Of a DNA stretch of 64,000 bases, positions 29,492-38,940 are shown in pieces. The DNA is from an uncultured delta proteobacterium (GTDB lineage: Bacteria > Desulfobacterota > Binatia > Binatales > Binataceae): contig CAVXGH010000001.1 of the NCBI GenBank assembly GCA_963761255.1, positions 345,675 through 409,674 of the forward strand, read 5' to 3'. The notes below the pieces were generated by a model. It saw only the letters and a program-made list of their open reading frames with translations, did no database searches and was not told where the DNA came from. Within the stretch, counting starts at the first letter, position 1. Each line of letters begins with the position of its first letter. The position numbers were made by a program, and so were the translations under genes.

Positions 29492-30772
29492 GTGACTGTT
29501 CCGCGCCGCTGCGCATGCGAGGATGCAATCGTGAAGCCGTATCAATTCACCCACAGTGAAGCCCTGTTCGAACGCGCGAAGAAAGTCGTTCCCGGCGGCA
29601 TCTATGGGCATCAAACGCCGCTGCTGCTCACTCCGGGTTCCTATCCGTCATTTTTCGCGCGCGGCAAGGGCGCTCATATCTGGGATGTCGATGGCAACGA
29701 ATACATCGACTACATGTGCTCGTACGGCCCCATCGTCGTCGGTCATCTCAATCAACGGGTCGAGGAAGCGGTACGCAAGCAGGCCGCTGAGGGGAACTGC
29801 TTCAATGCCCCGACTGCGCGATGGGTCGAGCTCGCCGAACGCCTGGTGTCGATCACGCCCTTCGCCGACTGGGCTGCGTTCGCGAAAAACGGCTCTGATG
29901 TATGCACCTGGGCGACCGAGGTCGCGCGCCACGCGACTGGCCGGCCGAAAATCGCGATGGCCGAGGGCGCGTATCATGGCGCGCATGCATGGGTGACGCC
30001 GGTTCCCAATGGAGTGATGCCCGAGGATCGCGCGAACATCGTGTACTTCCGCTACAACGATCTGGCGAGCCTCAAGCGCGTCGTCGATGAAAATCGCGGC
30101 AAGATGGCGGGCCTCATTATCTCGCCATTCCGTCATGATGCGGGACATGACTCTGAGCTACCGGTGGAAGGATTCTTAAGCGGCGTGCGCAAAGTATGTG
30201 ACGACAACGGGATGGTTTTCATCCTCGACGATGTGCGCGCGGGCTTTCGCCTTCACATGGGCGGCTCGGGTGAGGTTTTCGGCGTGCGACCGGATCTCTC
30301 GACCTACTGTAAGGCCATCGCCAACGGCTATCCGCTCTCAGCGTGCGTGGGCATCGACAGCCTGAAGAAGGCCGCCGCGGAGGTTTTTTTCACCGGCTCG
30401 TATTTCACCAGCGCGGTGCCGATGGCGGCCAGCCTCGCCACGCTGGATGAACTCCAGGCGACCGGCGGCATCGATAAGATGCGCACGCTGGGCGAGATGC
30501 TGCGTGACGGGATGCTCGCGCAGGCGCGCAGCCACGGCATCGAGGTGACGTGGTCCGGCCCGCCGGCGCTGCCCTACCTGAGTTTCAAGGCGGACGCGGA
30601 CAAGCATTCGCGCAACAAGCTTTTCTGTGGTGAGGCCGCGAAGCATGGCGTCTATCTACATCCGCGCCACAACTGGTTTCTCTCGGCGGCGCACACCGAG
30701 GACGACATCAAGCGCACCCTCGAGGTAACCAACGACGCCTTCGCGGTGGTGAAGAAACAATTCGGAGATTAG
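29492..30772 (+). CDS. Class III (PLP-dependent) aminotransferase, glutamate-1-semialdehyde aminomutase-like
   Basis: HemL-like N-terminus (VVPGGIYGHQTP...GKGAHIWDVDGNEYIDY) and overall length of 426 aa. Confidence 0.75.
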   Translation: MTVPRRCACEDAIVKPYQFTHSEALFERAKKVVPGGIYGHQTPLLLTPGSYPSFFARGKGAHIWDVDGNEYIDYMCSYGPIVVGHLNQRVEEAVRKQAAEGNCFNAPTARWVELAERLVSITPFADWAAFAKNGSDVCTWATEVARHATGRPKIAMAEGAYHGAHAWVTPVPNGVMPEDRANIVYFRYNDLASLKRVVDENRGKMAGLIISPFRHDAGHDSELPVEGFLSGVRKVCDDNGMVFILDDVRAGFRLHMGGSGEVFGVRPDLSTYCKAIANGYPLSACVGIDSLKKAAAEVFFTGSYFTSAVPMAASLATLDELQATGGIDKMRTLGEMLRDGMLAQARSHGIEVTWSGPPALPYLSFKADADKHSRNKLFCGEAAKHGVYLHPRHNWFLSAAHTEDDIKRTLEVTNDAFAVVKKQFGD

Positions 30773-30824
30773 TACTTCGGGGACAAACGGACGCGCTCGT
30801 GATAAGCCTTAATGGGCCTGAGAG

Positions 30825-31052
30825 ATGAAAAAGAACGTACAAAAGTTTTCGGTCATCGTAGAGCGGGAAGACGGTTGGTACATCGCCGAATGCCCCGCGT
30901 TGCCCGGCTGCGTGTCTCAGGGCCGTACCTTGAAAGAGGCACTCAAGAACATTCGCGAAGCCATTGAGGGCAGTCTCGAAACCCGAACGGTCCACAAGAT
31001 TGGAACTGGTCCCAAAGTATTCGAGATCGAAGTTCGGCCCGGCATTGAATGA
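30825..31052 (+). CDS. hicB: HicB-family antitoxin (UPF0150)
   Basis: FSVIVEREDGWYIAECPALPGCVSQGRTLKEALKNIREAIEG, 75 aa. Confidence 0.8.
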   Translation: MKKNVQKFSVIVEREDGWYIAECPALPGCVSQGRTLKEALKNIREAIEGSLETRTVHKIGTGPKVFEIEVRPGIE

Positions 31053-31072
31053 GCCGCCTGCCCGTTTGCTGA

Positions 31073-31270
31073 GGTGCGAACGCGATTCGCGCTTTTGAAC
31101 GGGCCGGATGGAAACGAGATCGTCAGAAGGGCGATCACGTAATGATGTTCAAGCCCGGTTCAGCTTTTGTACTAACCGTTCCGCTCCATAGAGAACTTGC
31201 CAAGGGAACTCTCCGACGCCTCATTCGCGACGCTGGTCTGACCGTCGAGGAGTTCTCCGACAAACTCTGA
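31073..31270 (+). pseudogene. hicA: HicA-family toxin remnant lacking a canonical start codon
   Basis: Frame translation GANAIRAFERAGWKRDRQKGDHVMMFKPGSAFVLTVPLHRELAKGTLRRLIRDAGLTVEEF matches HicA (..GW..VRQKGSH..PGS..TVP.H..L..GTL..I...AGL); an in-frame TGA sits immediately upstream and there is no ATG/GTG/TTG before the conserved N-terminal region; this ORF was missed by the ORF track. Confidence 0.5.
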
Positions 31271-31291
31271 CCTGATCGTGACCAGGTTAGC

Positions 31292-32704
31292 CTAAATCGC
31301 CGGCCATTTGTCGTTCCAGGGGCGCGCCTGCTCGTAGGCATATGAGGCCTGCAACACCAAATCATCCCGATGGCGCTCCGCTATAATCTGTAGGCCGCAG
31401 GGTAAGCCGCTGTCCGTCAGGCCCGCGCGCACCGATGCCGCTGGATGTCCGCTAAGGTTGATTGGATAGGTGAACACCACAGCCTCCAGCGGCCCAGCCA
31501 GCTTCTTGCCGTCGATCTCGCTCGGCATTGGCCCTTTGGCGGGAAATGCTTCCGTCGGTAGCGTCGGAGTGAGGAGCAGATCGAAGCGCTCGAAGATGCC
31601 GCGCATCCATTCGTTGAACTTGAGGCGTAAACGATAGGCCTCGCCGTAGTGGCGCCAGGTCAGATGCTTCGCCGCCTCGGTGCCGCTCAGAAAAGCGCGC
31701 CCGAATTCGCTCCGATGTGGATCGATATATTCCCACAACATCGCGAGGCCCTGCCCGCCGCCGACTCGCTGCCATGCGCTGCCCGTCTCGGGCGGCACAT
31801 CGGTGATGACTTCGACCTCATGTCCCAGGTCTTTGAAAACACCGACCGCCTTTTCCACCTCGCGGTTCACGTCCCGCTGCACGATGCGCCCGAAGTCGGG
31901 GTGGTACGCGATGCGCAATTTCTTCGGCAGCCGATCCAGCATCGCCGCGTATGAGATCCCCGGGTGCGGCAACGAATCCGGGTCGACCGGATGATAGCCC
32001 ATCGCGACATCCATGAAGATCGCGGTATCCCGGACGGTGCGCGTCAGCGCGCCGACCACCGCAGTATCATTCCACTGCTGCATGCCGAGCGTGGGATTAT
32101 TCGGGATGCGGCCGAATGACGGCTTGAGCCCGAAACATCCGACGTAGCAGGCCGGGATGCGAATCGAGCCGCCGCCGTCCGAGCCGGTCGCGAGCGGCAC
32201 CACTCCGGCGGCGATCGCCGCCGAGCTTCCACCCGACGATCCGCCGGGCGTGCGCTCGAGGTTCCAGGGATTGCGCGTCGGGCCGAACAGCACATTCTTG
32301 GTGAAGGCGGTGTAGCCGAATTCGGGCGCGTTGGTTTTTCCGATGACGATGGCGCCGGCCGCCCGGAGCCTCGCGACCTGCACCGAATCTTCTTTGGGGA
32401 TCAGATTTTGGAACGGCACCGAGCCATGCGTCGTCGGCAGCCCCGCGACATCTTCCAAATCCTTGACTCCGAGTGGTAGACCGGCGAGCGGACCGATTTC
32501 TTCCTTGCGCGCGATTTTCTCATCCAGCGCACGCGCCTCCGCCAACGCCTGATCGCTCCGCAGCGCGACGAATGCATTGATCTTCGGGTTAGTGGCCTCG
32601 ATGCGCTCGATGGTGGCCGCCATCAACTCGCTGGGTTTAATCTCGCGGCGCCGAATCATCGCCGCAAGTTCGTAGGCCGGTTTGAAATGGAGATCGCTCG
32701 CCAT
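31292..32704 (-). CDS. Amidase (amidase-signature family)
   Basis: AS signature GGSSGGSSAAIAAGVVPLATGSDGGGSIRIPA; 470 aa. Confidence 0.88.
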   Translation of the reverse strand: MASDLHFKPAYELAAMIRRREIKPSELMAATIERIEATNPKINAFVALRSDQALAEARALDEKIARKEEIGPLAGLPLGVKDLEDVAGLPTTHGSVPFQNLIPKEDSVQVARLRAAGAIVIGKTNAPEFGYTAFTKNVLFGPTRNPWNLERTPGGSSGGSSAAIAAGVVPLATGSDGGGSIRIPACYVGCFGLKPSFGRIPNNPTLGMQQWNDTAVVGALTRTVRDTAIFMDVAMGYHPVDPDSLPHPGISYAAMLDRLPKKLRIAYHPDFGRIVQRDVNREVEKAVGVFKDLGHEVEVITDVPPETGSAWQRVGGGQGLAMLWEYIDPHRSEFGRAFLSGTEAAKHLTWRHYGEAYRLRLKFNEWMRGIFERFDLLLTPTLPTEAFPAKGPMPSEIDGKKLAGPLEAVVFTYPINLSGHPAASVRAGLTDSGLPCGLQIIAERHRDDLVLQASYAYEQARPWNDKWPAI

Positions 32705-32832
32705 GATGCGTGTCCTCGGAGAGAATAATGATCGTCGCCAGACTCTTACTACGAAGCCTGAAAAATTAGAACGCTCGGTTGCGACACATTCTTCGATCGG
32801 TCACAAAAGGTTCGGCGCATCTGAGTTGACCA

Positions 32833-32850
32833 CCTAACGCATGTTAGGTA
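32833..32850. promoter_or_regulatory. Candidate TetR operator: ACCTAAC-gcat-GTTAGGT palindrome overlapping a TTGACC -35-like hexamer
   Basis: Perfect 7-bp inverted repeat in the divergent amidase/TetR intergenic region; TTGACC -N17- TAGATT. Confidence 0.5.
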
Positions 32851-32872
32851 GATTGGAGGTCAGAGACATCTC

Positions 32873-33562
32873 ATGGGGCGGAGTATCCACAAAAGCGCGA
32901 CTCGTTCCGGCAAGGTGGTCGAGATTCATCGCTCGCCCGATACCCGCGATCGCGTCCTCGCCGTCGCGCGGACCTTGTTCGCGGAGCACGGATATCGCGG
33001 CACCAGCCTGCGCGATATCGCGCGCCGCATTGGCATCAAGGCACCCTCGTTGTTGCATCATTTTCCCTCCAAAGAACAACTTTATATCGCGGTGCTCGAC
33101 CGCATTTTCGAAGGGATGGAGGAATCGGCGCAGACCGTGCTTTCGGGCCGCGGCGGTTATCATGAAGCCTGCCGCGCCGCGATCGTCGGCGCAATCGATT
33201 GCATCGCCGCGAGTCCCGATGCGATGCGCATCATCTGGCACGAGATGACCGAGGAGAGCGGGGTCGGACGCCAGCTCCTGAAGCGCCGAGTGCCGCCGCT
33301 GTTCGCGATGGGGGTGAATTTCATTTTTCGCGGTCAGCGCGCGGGCGAATTCCGCGAGGAAGTTGACCCGTTTCATTTTTTGCTCAGCCTGAATTCAATC
33401 ACGATCGGATTCTTCACCACTGCGGCGATGGTGCGGCGGCTCTGGAACAACAATCTCCTCGAGCCTGCGGTGATCGAACGGCGCAAGCGTGAAGTTATCG
33501 ATATGGTCGAGCGGACCCTGTTCGTGCCGCGCAAGGTTACCGCCGAACCGCCGATCGTCTAG
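32873..33562 (+). CDS. TetR/AcrR family transcriptional regulator
   Basis: HTH RDRVLAVARTLFAEHGYRGTSLRDIARRIGIKAPSLLHHFPSKEQL. Confidence 0.9.
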   Translation: MGRSIHKSATRSGKVVEIHRSPDTRDRVLAVARTLFAEHGYRGTSLRDIARRIGIKAPSLLHHFPSKEQLYIAVLDRIFEGMEESAQTVLSGRGGYHEACRAAIVGAIDCIAASPDAMRIIWHEMTEESGVGRQLLKRRVPPLFAMGVNFIFRGQRAGEFREEVDPFHFLLSLNSITIGFFTTAAMVRRLWNNNLLEPAVIERRKREVIDMVERTLFVPRKVTAEPPIV

Positions 33563-33606
33563 CGCCGCCGCAAATTTTCGAATCGCAAAAGGAGACCCGT
33601 TCAGAG

Positions 33607-34800
33607 ATGAAACTGGGAACATTCTACGAGCATCAACTGCCGCGCCCTTGGAACGAGGGCGATGAGCTCAAGCTTTTTCAGGACGCGCTCGATCAGGTCG
33701 AGCTCGCCGATAAACTCGGCGTCGATCATATGTGGGAAGTGGAGCATCACTTCCTCGAAGAGTATGCGCATTCGTCGGCGCCGGAGATTTTTCTCGCGGC
33801 GTGCAGCCAGCGCACCAAAAACATCCGCCTCGGCCACGGCATCGTGCTGCTGCCGGCCGGCTACAATCATCCCGCGCGCGTGGCGGAGCGCATCGCGACG
33901 CTTGATTTGGTGAGCAACGGCCGCGTCGAGTTCGGCACCGGCGAATCCTCCGCGGAGCTGGAACTGGGAGGCTTCAACATTCCGCGTGCCGACAAGCGCG
34001 AGATGTGGCAGGAATCGCTCGGCGCGATCGCGCGCATGTTCGTCGAGAATCCGTTCCTTGGCCACGACGGAAAATATTTCAAGATGCCGGTGCGCAACGT
34101 GGTGCCCAAGCCGGTGCAGAAACCGCATCCGCCACTCTGGGTTGCGTGCTCGCGGCGCGAAACCATCCACCTTGCCGCCAAGCTCGGAATCGGCGCGCTG
34201 ACCTTCGCGTTCATCTCGCCCGAGGAGGCCAAGCAGTGGGTCAACGATTACTACACCACGCTGGCCAATGAATGTGAGCCGATCGGCTACGCGATCAACG
34301 CCAACATCGCGATCGTGACCGGCTTCATGTGCGATAAGGACGAGCAGCGCGCGCGTGCGATGGGCGAGGAGGGCCTGAACTTTTTCTCCTACGCGCTCGG
34401 CCATCATTATTTCTTCGGTCAGCACGAAGTAGGAAAAACCAACATCTGGAGCAACTTTAAGAACAACAAGTTTCAGATGCCGGGAATGGGCGGCGAAGCG
34501 GCGTGCGTCGGCACTCCCGACAAAATCCGCGCGAAGCTCCGCGAATACGAAGATGTCGGCGTCGATCAGGTGGTGTTCATCTCGCAGGCCGGCAAGAACA
34601 AGCATGAGGACATCTGCAGCTCGCTGAATCTGTTCGGCAAGGAAGTCCTTCCCGAATTCAAGGACCGCGAACAGCAGAACGCCAAAAAGAAGGCCGAGCG
34701 GCTCGAGCCGATCATCGAAAGTGCGATGAAGCGCAAACGTCAGCCGAGTGTGCCGAAGCACGACGGGCCCACCATCGTGACGGCAGCGCCGCTGCCATAG
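33607..34800 (+). CDS. LLM-class flavin-dependent oxidoreductase (luciferase-like monooxygenase)
   Basis: TIM-barrel LLM motifs (VDHMWEVEHHF; RLGHGIVLLP; NGRVEFGTGES). Confidence 0.8.
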   Translation: MKLGTFYEHQLPRPWNEGDELKLFQDALDQVELADKLGVDHMWEVEHHFLEEYAHSSAPEIFLAACSQRTKNIRLGHGIVLLPAGYNHPARVAERIATLDLVSNGRVEFGTGESSAELELGGFNIPRADKREMWQESLGAIARMFVENPFLGHDGKYFKMPVRNVVPKPVQKPHPPLWVACSRRETIHLAAKLGIGALTFAFISPEEAKQWVNDYYTTLANECEPIGYAINANIAIVTGFMCDKDEQRARAMGEEGLNFFSYALGHHYFFGQHEVGKTNIWSNFKNNKFQMPGMGGEAACVGTPDKIRAKLREYEDVGVDQVVFISQAGKNKHEDICSSLNLFGKEVLPEFKDREQQNAKKKAERLEPIIESAMKRKRQPSVPKHDGPTIVTAAPLP

Positions 34801-34826
34801 CCGCAGGCGCGATTTTCACATGCACC

Positions 34827-34861
34827 AGGCCGGCCCACTCTCGGGCCGGCCTTTTTTTGAT
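34827..34861 (+). terminator. Strong rho-independent terminator (GGCCGGCCC-actctc-GGGCCGGCC then TTTTTTT)
   Basis: 9-bp GC stem plus T7 tail after the LLM stop. Confidence 0.8.
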
Positions 34862-34878
34862 CTTTCGTTAAGCTCCAC

Positions 34879-34900
34879 ATCTGGAGTACTATCTCCAGAT
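34879..34900. promoter_or_regulatory. Perfect palindrome ATCTGGAG-tactat-CTCCAGAT 10 nt upstream of the antitoxin start; candidate autoregulatory TA operator
   Basis: 8-bp perfect inverted repeat with a 6-nt spacer in the TA promoter region. Confidence 0.5.
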
Positions 34901-34909
34901 AGAGATATC

Positions 34910-35341
34910 ATGCAGGCGCGCCACGCAACCGTACCCGTCAGTCAATTCGACCGGGGAGATCGCCAGGACCCTGACGCGCGCAAGAGGTTGTCCGGCCCCG
35001 CAATACGAGCGTTTTTCAACCTGGCCAGAAAATGGGAACTCAGCGTCGATCAGCAGCGCGGCCTGCTCGGATGGCCTGCTCCTTCGACCTATCACAAGTA
35101 CAAGGCGGGACGGATTGGAACCCTGTCTTTCGATGCACTTACGCGGGTTTCGCTGCTGCTCGGAATCTACAAGGCGCTCCACATTCTCTATCCGCAGGCC
35201 GAACTCGCCGATCAGTGGATCAAGCTGCGTAACACGAACTCAATTTTCGGGGGGAAATCGCCGCTCGCGCTGATGCTGGATGGCGGCATCGACGCGCTTT
35301 ACCAGGTGCGCCGCCTGCTCGATGCGCGCCGCGGCGGCTGA
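34910..35341 (+). CDS. DUF2384-domain antitoxin (Xre/MbcA/ParS family)
   Basis: C-terminal toxin-binding domain pattern (WLxxPNxxFGGKSPLxLM...G); genetic pairing with a downstream RES protein. Confidence 0.7.
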   Translation: MQARHATVPVSQFDRGDRQDPDARKRLSGPAIRAFFNLARKWELSVDQQRGLLGWPAPSTYHKYKAGRIGTLSFDALTRVSLLLGIYKALHILYPQAELADQWIKLRNTNSIFGGKSPLALMLDGGIDALYQVRRLLDARRGG

Positions 35342-35387
35342 TCTGCGTCCTCCGCTTCATCACATCAGGTGGCGCGGAACCCATCGC

Positions 35388-36011
35388 ATGATTCCGAGCC
35401 GCTATCCATCGGTCGGGATCCTCGATGAGATCGCCGCGCCGGAGGATCTCGACGCAATTTTCGAACTCGAAGGATGGACCAACGATCGCATCAGCAACGA
35501 ACTTGGCCTCCTGCATACGATTCCTAAAGAGGACTGGGTCACCGCCCAACCGATGGCGACCGTCATCATGGGCGCGTTTTGTCATCCGCGGCCTTCTGGC
35601 GGGCGCTTCAACGACGATCGGCGCGGCGCATGGTATTGCAGCCTCGCGATCAAGACCGCGCATGCCGAGGCCATTTTCCATCGCACCCGCGAGCTCGAAG
35701 AAATCGGCGGATGGTTCGACACCGCGGTGCAAATGGCTGACTATCGCGCCGATTTCAACGCCGATTTCCACGACCTTCGAGGGCGAGGTTTTTCCGCTTT
35801 CCTGAGGCCGGACGACTACCGCGCCTCGCAGAAAATTGCGCGCGCGCTTTTGGAAGATGGTTCCAACGGCATTGTCTATCCGAGCGTGCGCGATCGTGAT
35901 GGCCTATGCCTCGTATGCTTCAGGCCCCGGCCTGTTGCCAATGTGAAGCTCGCGGCGGTCTACGAATATCGGTGGTTGGGAACTCCGACGCCCTCCGTCC
36001 GAAAGTTGTGA
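35388..36011 (+). CDS. RES-domain toxin (MbcT/ParT-like NAD+-targeting family)
   Basis: R...E...S core: GGRFNDDRRGAWYCS..., ...AHAEAIFHR..., NGIVYPSVRDRDGLCLVCF; start MIPSRYPS after the antitoxin. Confidence 0.75.
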   Translation: MIPSRYPSVGILDEIAAPEDLDAIFELEGWTNDRISNELGLLHTIPKEDWVTAQPMATVIMGAFCHPRPSGGRFNDDRRGAWYCSLAIKTAHAEAIFHRTRELEEIGGWFDTAVQMADYRADFNADFHDLRGRGFSAFLRPDDYRASQKIARALLEDGSNGIVYPSVRDRDGLCLVCFRPRPVANVKLAAVYEYRWLGTPTPSVRKL

Positions 36012-36072
36012 CTAGGGCGTATCGTTTTTGCCTGACGACTGGATATCGCAAATCATCTATAATGCGGGGCCG

Positions 36073-36618
36073 ATGAAGATCAGCAAGCTGGTGATTTTGG
36101 GGATGGTCGCGCCCGCGTTTCTCGCGGCTGCAATCATCGCGCGCGCGGACAGCGTTACGGATAAACTCCTCGGGGTGCCGAGCGCCAAGGCGGCGACGGT
36201 GCGCGCCGGTGATGTCGAGGCGATCATCAAGCCGGCGGTCAGGCAGGCGGCGCCGGGCCAGGACATTCCGGTCAGCGCGGATTTCACCATCGGTTCGGGA
36301 TGGCACATTTACGGCAAGCCGATCTCGACCGATTACGTTGCGACGACCGTCACCTTCGACAACGGCCTGCTCGCGAAGCAATCGATGGACTTTCCGAAAC
36401 CCGAGATGGTCAAGTTCGAGGCGCTTGGGCAGACGCTGCCGGTTTACAAGGGCAGCATGCACGCCGGCGGCAACATCAAGCTGCGACCCGATCTGAAGCC
36501 GGGCGACTATCAGCTAGCGGGAAAGGTCGAGTTCCAGGAGTGCAGCGACAATATCTGCAAGATGCCGCAATCTTTGTCGTTCGAAATCCCGATCACCGTC
36601 GCATCCTCCGCACATTAA
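36073..36618 (+). CDS. Secreted protein with DsbD-N-terminal-like (thiol-disulfide interchange alpha-domain-like) fold
   Basis: Signal peptide MKISKLVILGMVAPAFLAAAIIARA; WHIYGKP...; C-terminal EFQECSDNICKMP resembles the DsbD alpha-domain Cys motif. Confidence 0.5.
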   Translation: MKISKLVILGMVAPAFLAAAIIARADSVTDKLLGVPSAKAATVRAGDVEAIIKPAVRQAAPGQDIPVSADFTIGSGWHIYGKPISTDYVATTVTFDNGLLAKQSMDFPKPEMVKFEALGQTLPVYKGSMHAGGNIKLRPDLKPGDYQLAGKVEFQECSDNICKMPQSLSFEIPITVASSAH

Positions 36619-36627
36619 AATGAAAAA

Positions 36628-36660
36628 GGGACGGACCTTGCGATCCGTCCCTCGTGATAA
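36628..36660 (-). terminator. Terminator for the minus-strand amidohydrolase operon (GGGACGGA-N8-TCCGTCCC then TTTTTCATTTT on minus)
   Basis: 8-bp stem; T-run on the minus strand. Confidence 0.6.
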
Positions 36661-36675
36661 CCGATAGCTGCGAAT

Positions 36676-37878
36676 TTATACGGGCAGTTTGTAGGCGTTG
36701 GCGACGTTCTCGCCGAGGATGGCGCGGCGCCCCGACTCCTTCATCGGCGCGATGAGGCCGCGCAACTCTTCCAGGTAGTTGCCCGGATGATCCGGATGCG
36801 GATAGTCACTCGCCCAGAAGAATTTATTTTCGCCAATTAGTTCCATCATGGCGGCGATGGTGCGCTCATCGGGATCGGCCGAGATGTAGCATCGATTTTT
36901 GAAGTAGTACGAAGGCTTCTCTGCCAGTCGCACAGTCGCCCCGAGCGGAGTGCCGGTGAAAATCGCGTCGGCGCGGTCGAGCCAGTAACCAATCCATCCG
37001 GCGCCGGCTTCGAGCACCACCAGCCGCATCTTCGGAAAGCGATCGAAGACGCCATACTGGAAGAAGGTCCCCAGCGCGTGCTGACAGCCCTGCGCCGCGA
37101 ACAGGTCGTTGTACCATGCGGCCCAGCCGAATTTGTCGAAGCGATGATGCACGCCGAACGCGATCGGCTCCAGGGTCGGATGAATCGCCAGCGGCACATC
37201 GAGATCCTGCGCGGCCGCAAACACCGCATCGTGATCGGGATGCCCATGCGGTTTGCGCGTGATGGTGAATGGCGCGACGAATGCGCCTTTGCATCCATCT
37301 TTCACAGCGCGCTCAAACTCCTTCGCGGCGGCCTCGGGATCGCCGAGCGACAGATGCGCGATCGGCACCAGGCGTCCGCCGGTGTCGCGACAGAAGTCCG
37401 CGATCCATCGATTGTAGGCGCTGCAGTAGGCCGCCGAGAGTTCGGGGTCGAAAAGTTCCGCCTCCCACAACAGTCCGATAGTCGGGTAGAGCAGCGCCTT
37501 GGCCATGCCCTCCTTGTCGATCAGCTCGATGCGCTCCTTCGCATCCATGGTGCCGAAGGCCGCGCCCTTCATGTAGGTCTGCTCCGGCGTGGGACGCATC
37601 GCGCGCGCGTCTTCGGGGCGGATTTTTCCGGTCATCATGGATTCGCGAAGTTGCTTCGCCTCGTTGACATTCTTTCCCATTCCGCCAAGAGAACCGAGGA
37701 CGCCGGGTTGGGTCAGGCGGGCGCGCTTCCCGTCGATTTCGAGAAATTCGTAGCCGTCCTCCGCGACGCGGATGCGCATCGCACGCGCGCGATACTTCGG
37801 ATCGAGGTATTTCTCCCACAAATCCGGCGGCTCGAGGATGTGCCCGTCGGCATCGATGACCAGCGCTTCAGCAGGCAT
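36676..37878 (-). CDS. Amidohydrolase-2 family protein (ACMSD-like metal-dependent hydrolase/decarboxylase)
   Basis: IDADGHILEPPDLWEKYL N-terminus and HPxxxD...YPHPDHPG patterns of Amidohydro_2. Confidence 0.7.
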   Translation of the reverse strand: MPAEALVIDADGHILEPPDLWEKYLDPKYRARAMRIRVAEDGYEFLEIDGKRARLTQPGVLGSLGGMGKNVNEAKQLRESMMTGKIRPEDARAMRPTPEQTYMKGAAFGTMDAKERIELIDKEGMAKALLYPTIGLLWEAELFDPELSAAYCSAYNRWIADFCRDTGGRLVPIAHLSLGDPEAAAKEFERAVKDGCKGAFVAPFTITRKPHGHPDHDAVFAAAQDLDVPLAIHPTLEPIAFGVHHRFDKFGWAAWYNDLFAAQGCQHALGTFFQYGVFDRFPKMRLVVLEAGAGWIGYWLDRADAIFTGTPLGATVRLAEKPSYYFKNRCYISADPDERTIAAMMELIGENKFFWASDYPHPDHPGNYLEELRGLIAPMKESGRRAILGENVANAYKLPV

Positions 37879-37893
37879 GGATGGTTTCCTCAG

Positions 37894-38817
37894 CTAGAAA
37901 ATCGCGATCGGATTGACCGGGGAGCCGGTTCCGCGTTCGAGGATGAGCGGCGCCATGGTGAACATGAACTCGTAGCGCGAATGCTTCTTCGCCTTCTCCG
38001 AGAGCGAATCGAAGTCGCCATTGTCGATAAGATGGATGCCCTGCATCACCAGCGTGCCGACGTGCACCGGCAGCATCAGGCCCTCGTAGCCGCTGGGCAT
38101 CACGTCACTCACCGCGTCGGAGCCGAGCACCGCGATTTTGCGCTCATGCAGCCACTTGAGGCAGCTCGCATCGAGGCCGGGCAGTCCCTCGGCCGGATCC
38201 CATCCGCCTTTGGCCTTGCGATTCGCGGCGCGACCGGTCCGCACCAGCAGCACGTCGCCCTCTTCGACGTGAACCTTGTGATCCTTTTCGGCAGCATCGA
38301 GGTCCTCGGGAAAAATCGCCACGCCTTTCTCAAGCCAATCAACTTTTTTAAGCTTGGGGATATCGAGCAGCACGCCGCGGCTGACGATGCCGGTGCGGGT
38401 GACATCGATCGGGCATTTACGCGCGCCATGGGAACCGACCTCGCTCGCATCGAAGCCGTTGTACATTTTCTTTTCCCAGAACACGTGGCAGAGCGCGTCG
38501 ATGTGAGTGGTCGCCATCCCATGAAACGAAATCGCGAAATAATCGCCCGAGTACGGCAGCGGCGTATGATGCGCGTCGTGCCCCGACTGCACCATCAGAT
38601 GGGTGACCGGAGTGGGATTGTCGGGCGCGGGGGTGACCGGGAGTGGCAGCGCGCATGATGCGGTCTCGCCGGTCTGCACCAGCTTGCTGGCGCGCGCGAC
38701 CTGCTTTTCGGTGATATAGTTCAGCGCTCCGCGCTGGTCGTCCTTACCCCATTTTCCCCAGTTGTTGCACTTTTCGAAGAGTCCTTTGATCTCGGCAGAC
38801 GTGAGCCGTTGCGCCAT
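37894..38817 (-). CDS. Cyclase-family protein (kynurenine formamidase-like)
   Basis: Cyclase fold motifs (HxGTHxDAxxH: HGMATTHIDALCHV; VLLDIP...DVLLVRTG). Confidence 0.7.
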   Translation of the reverse strand: MAQRLTSAEIKGLFEKCNNWGKWGKDDQRGALNYITEKQVARASKLVQTGETASCALPLPVTPAPDNPTPVTHLMVQSGHDAHHTPLPYSGDYFAISFHGMATTHIDALCHVFWEKKMYNGFDASEVGSHGARKCPIDVTRTGIVSRGVLLDIPKLKKVDWLEKGVAIFPEDLDAAEKDHKVHVEEGDVLLVRTGRAANRKAKGGWDPAEGLPGLDASCLKWLHERKIAVLGSDAVSDVMPSGYEGLMLPVHVGTLVMQGIHLIDNGDFDSLSEKAKKHSRYEFMFTMAPLILERGTGSPVNPIAIF

Positions 38818-38940
38818 GGTAGTGTCTCCTTGCAGAGTCGATTTTTCCGTATAGCACGAACTACGAGATGCGGAACAACTGAGAATTATTGAACGATTGG
38901 TATGCGCGCGGGCGGTATGCGAGCGGGATAGAATCAGTCA

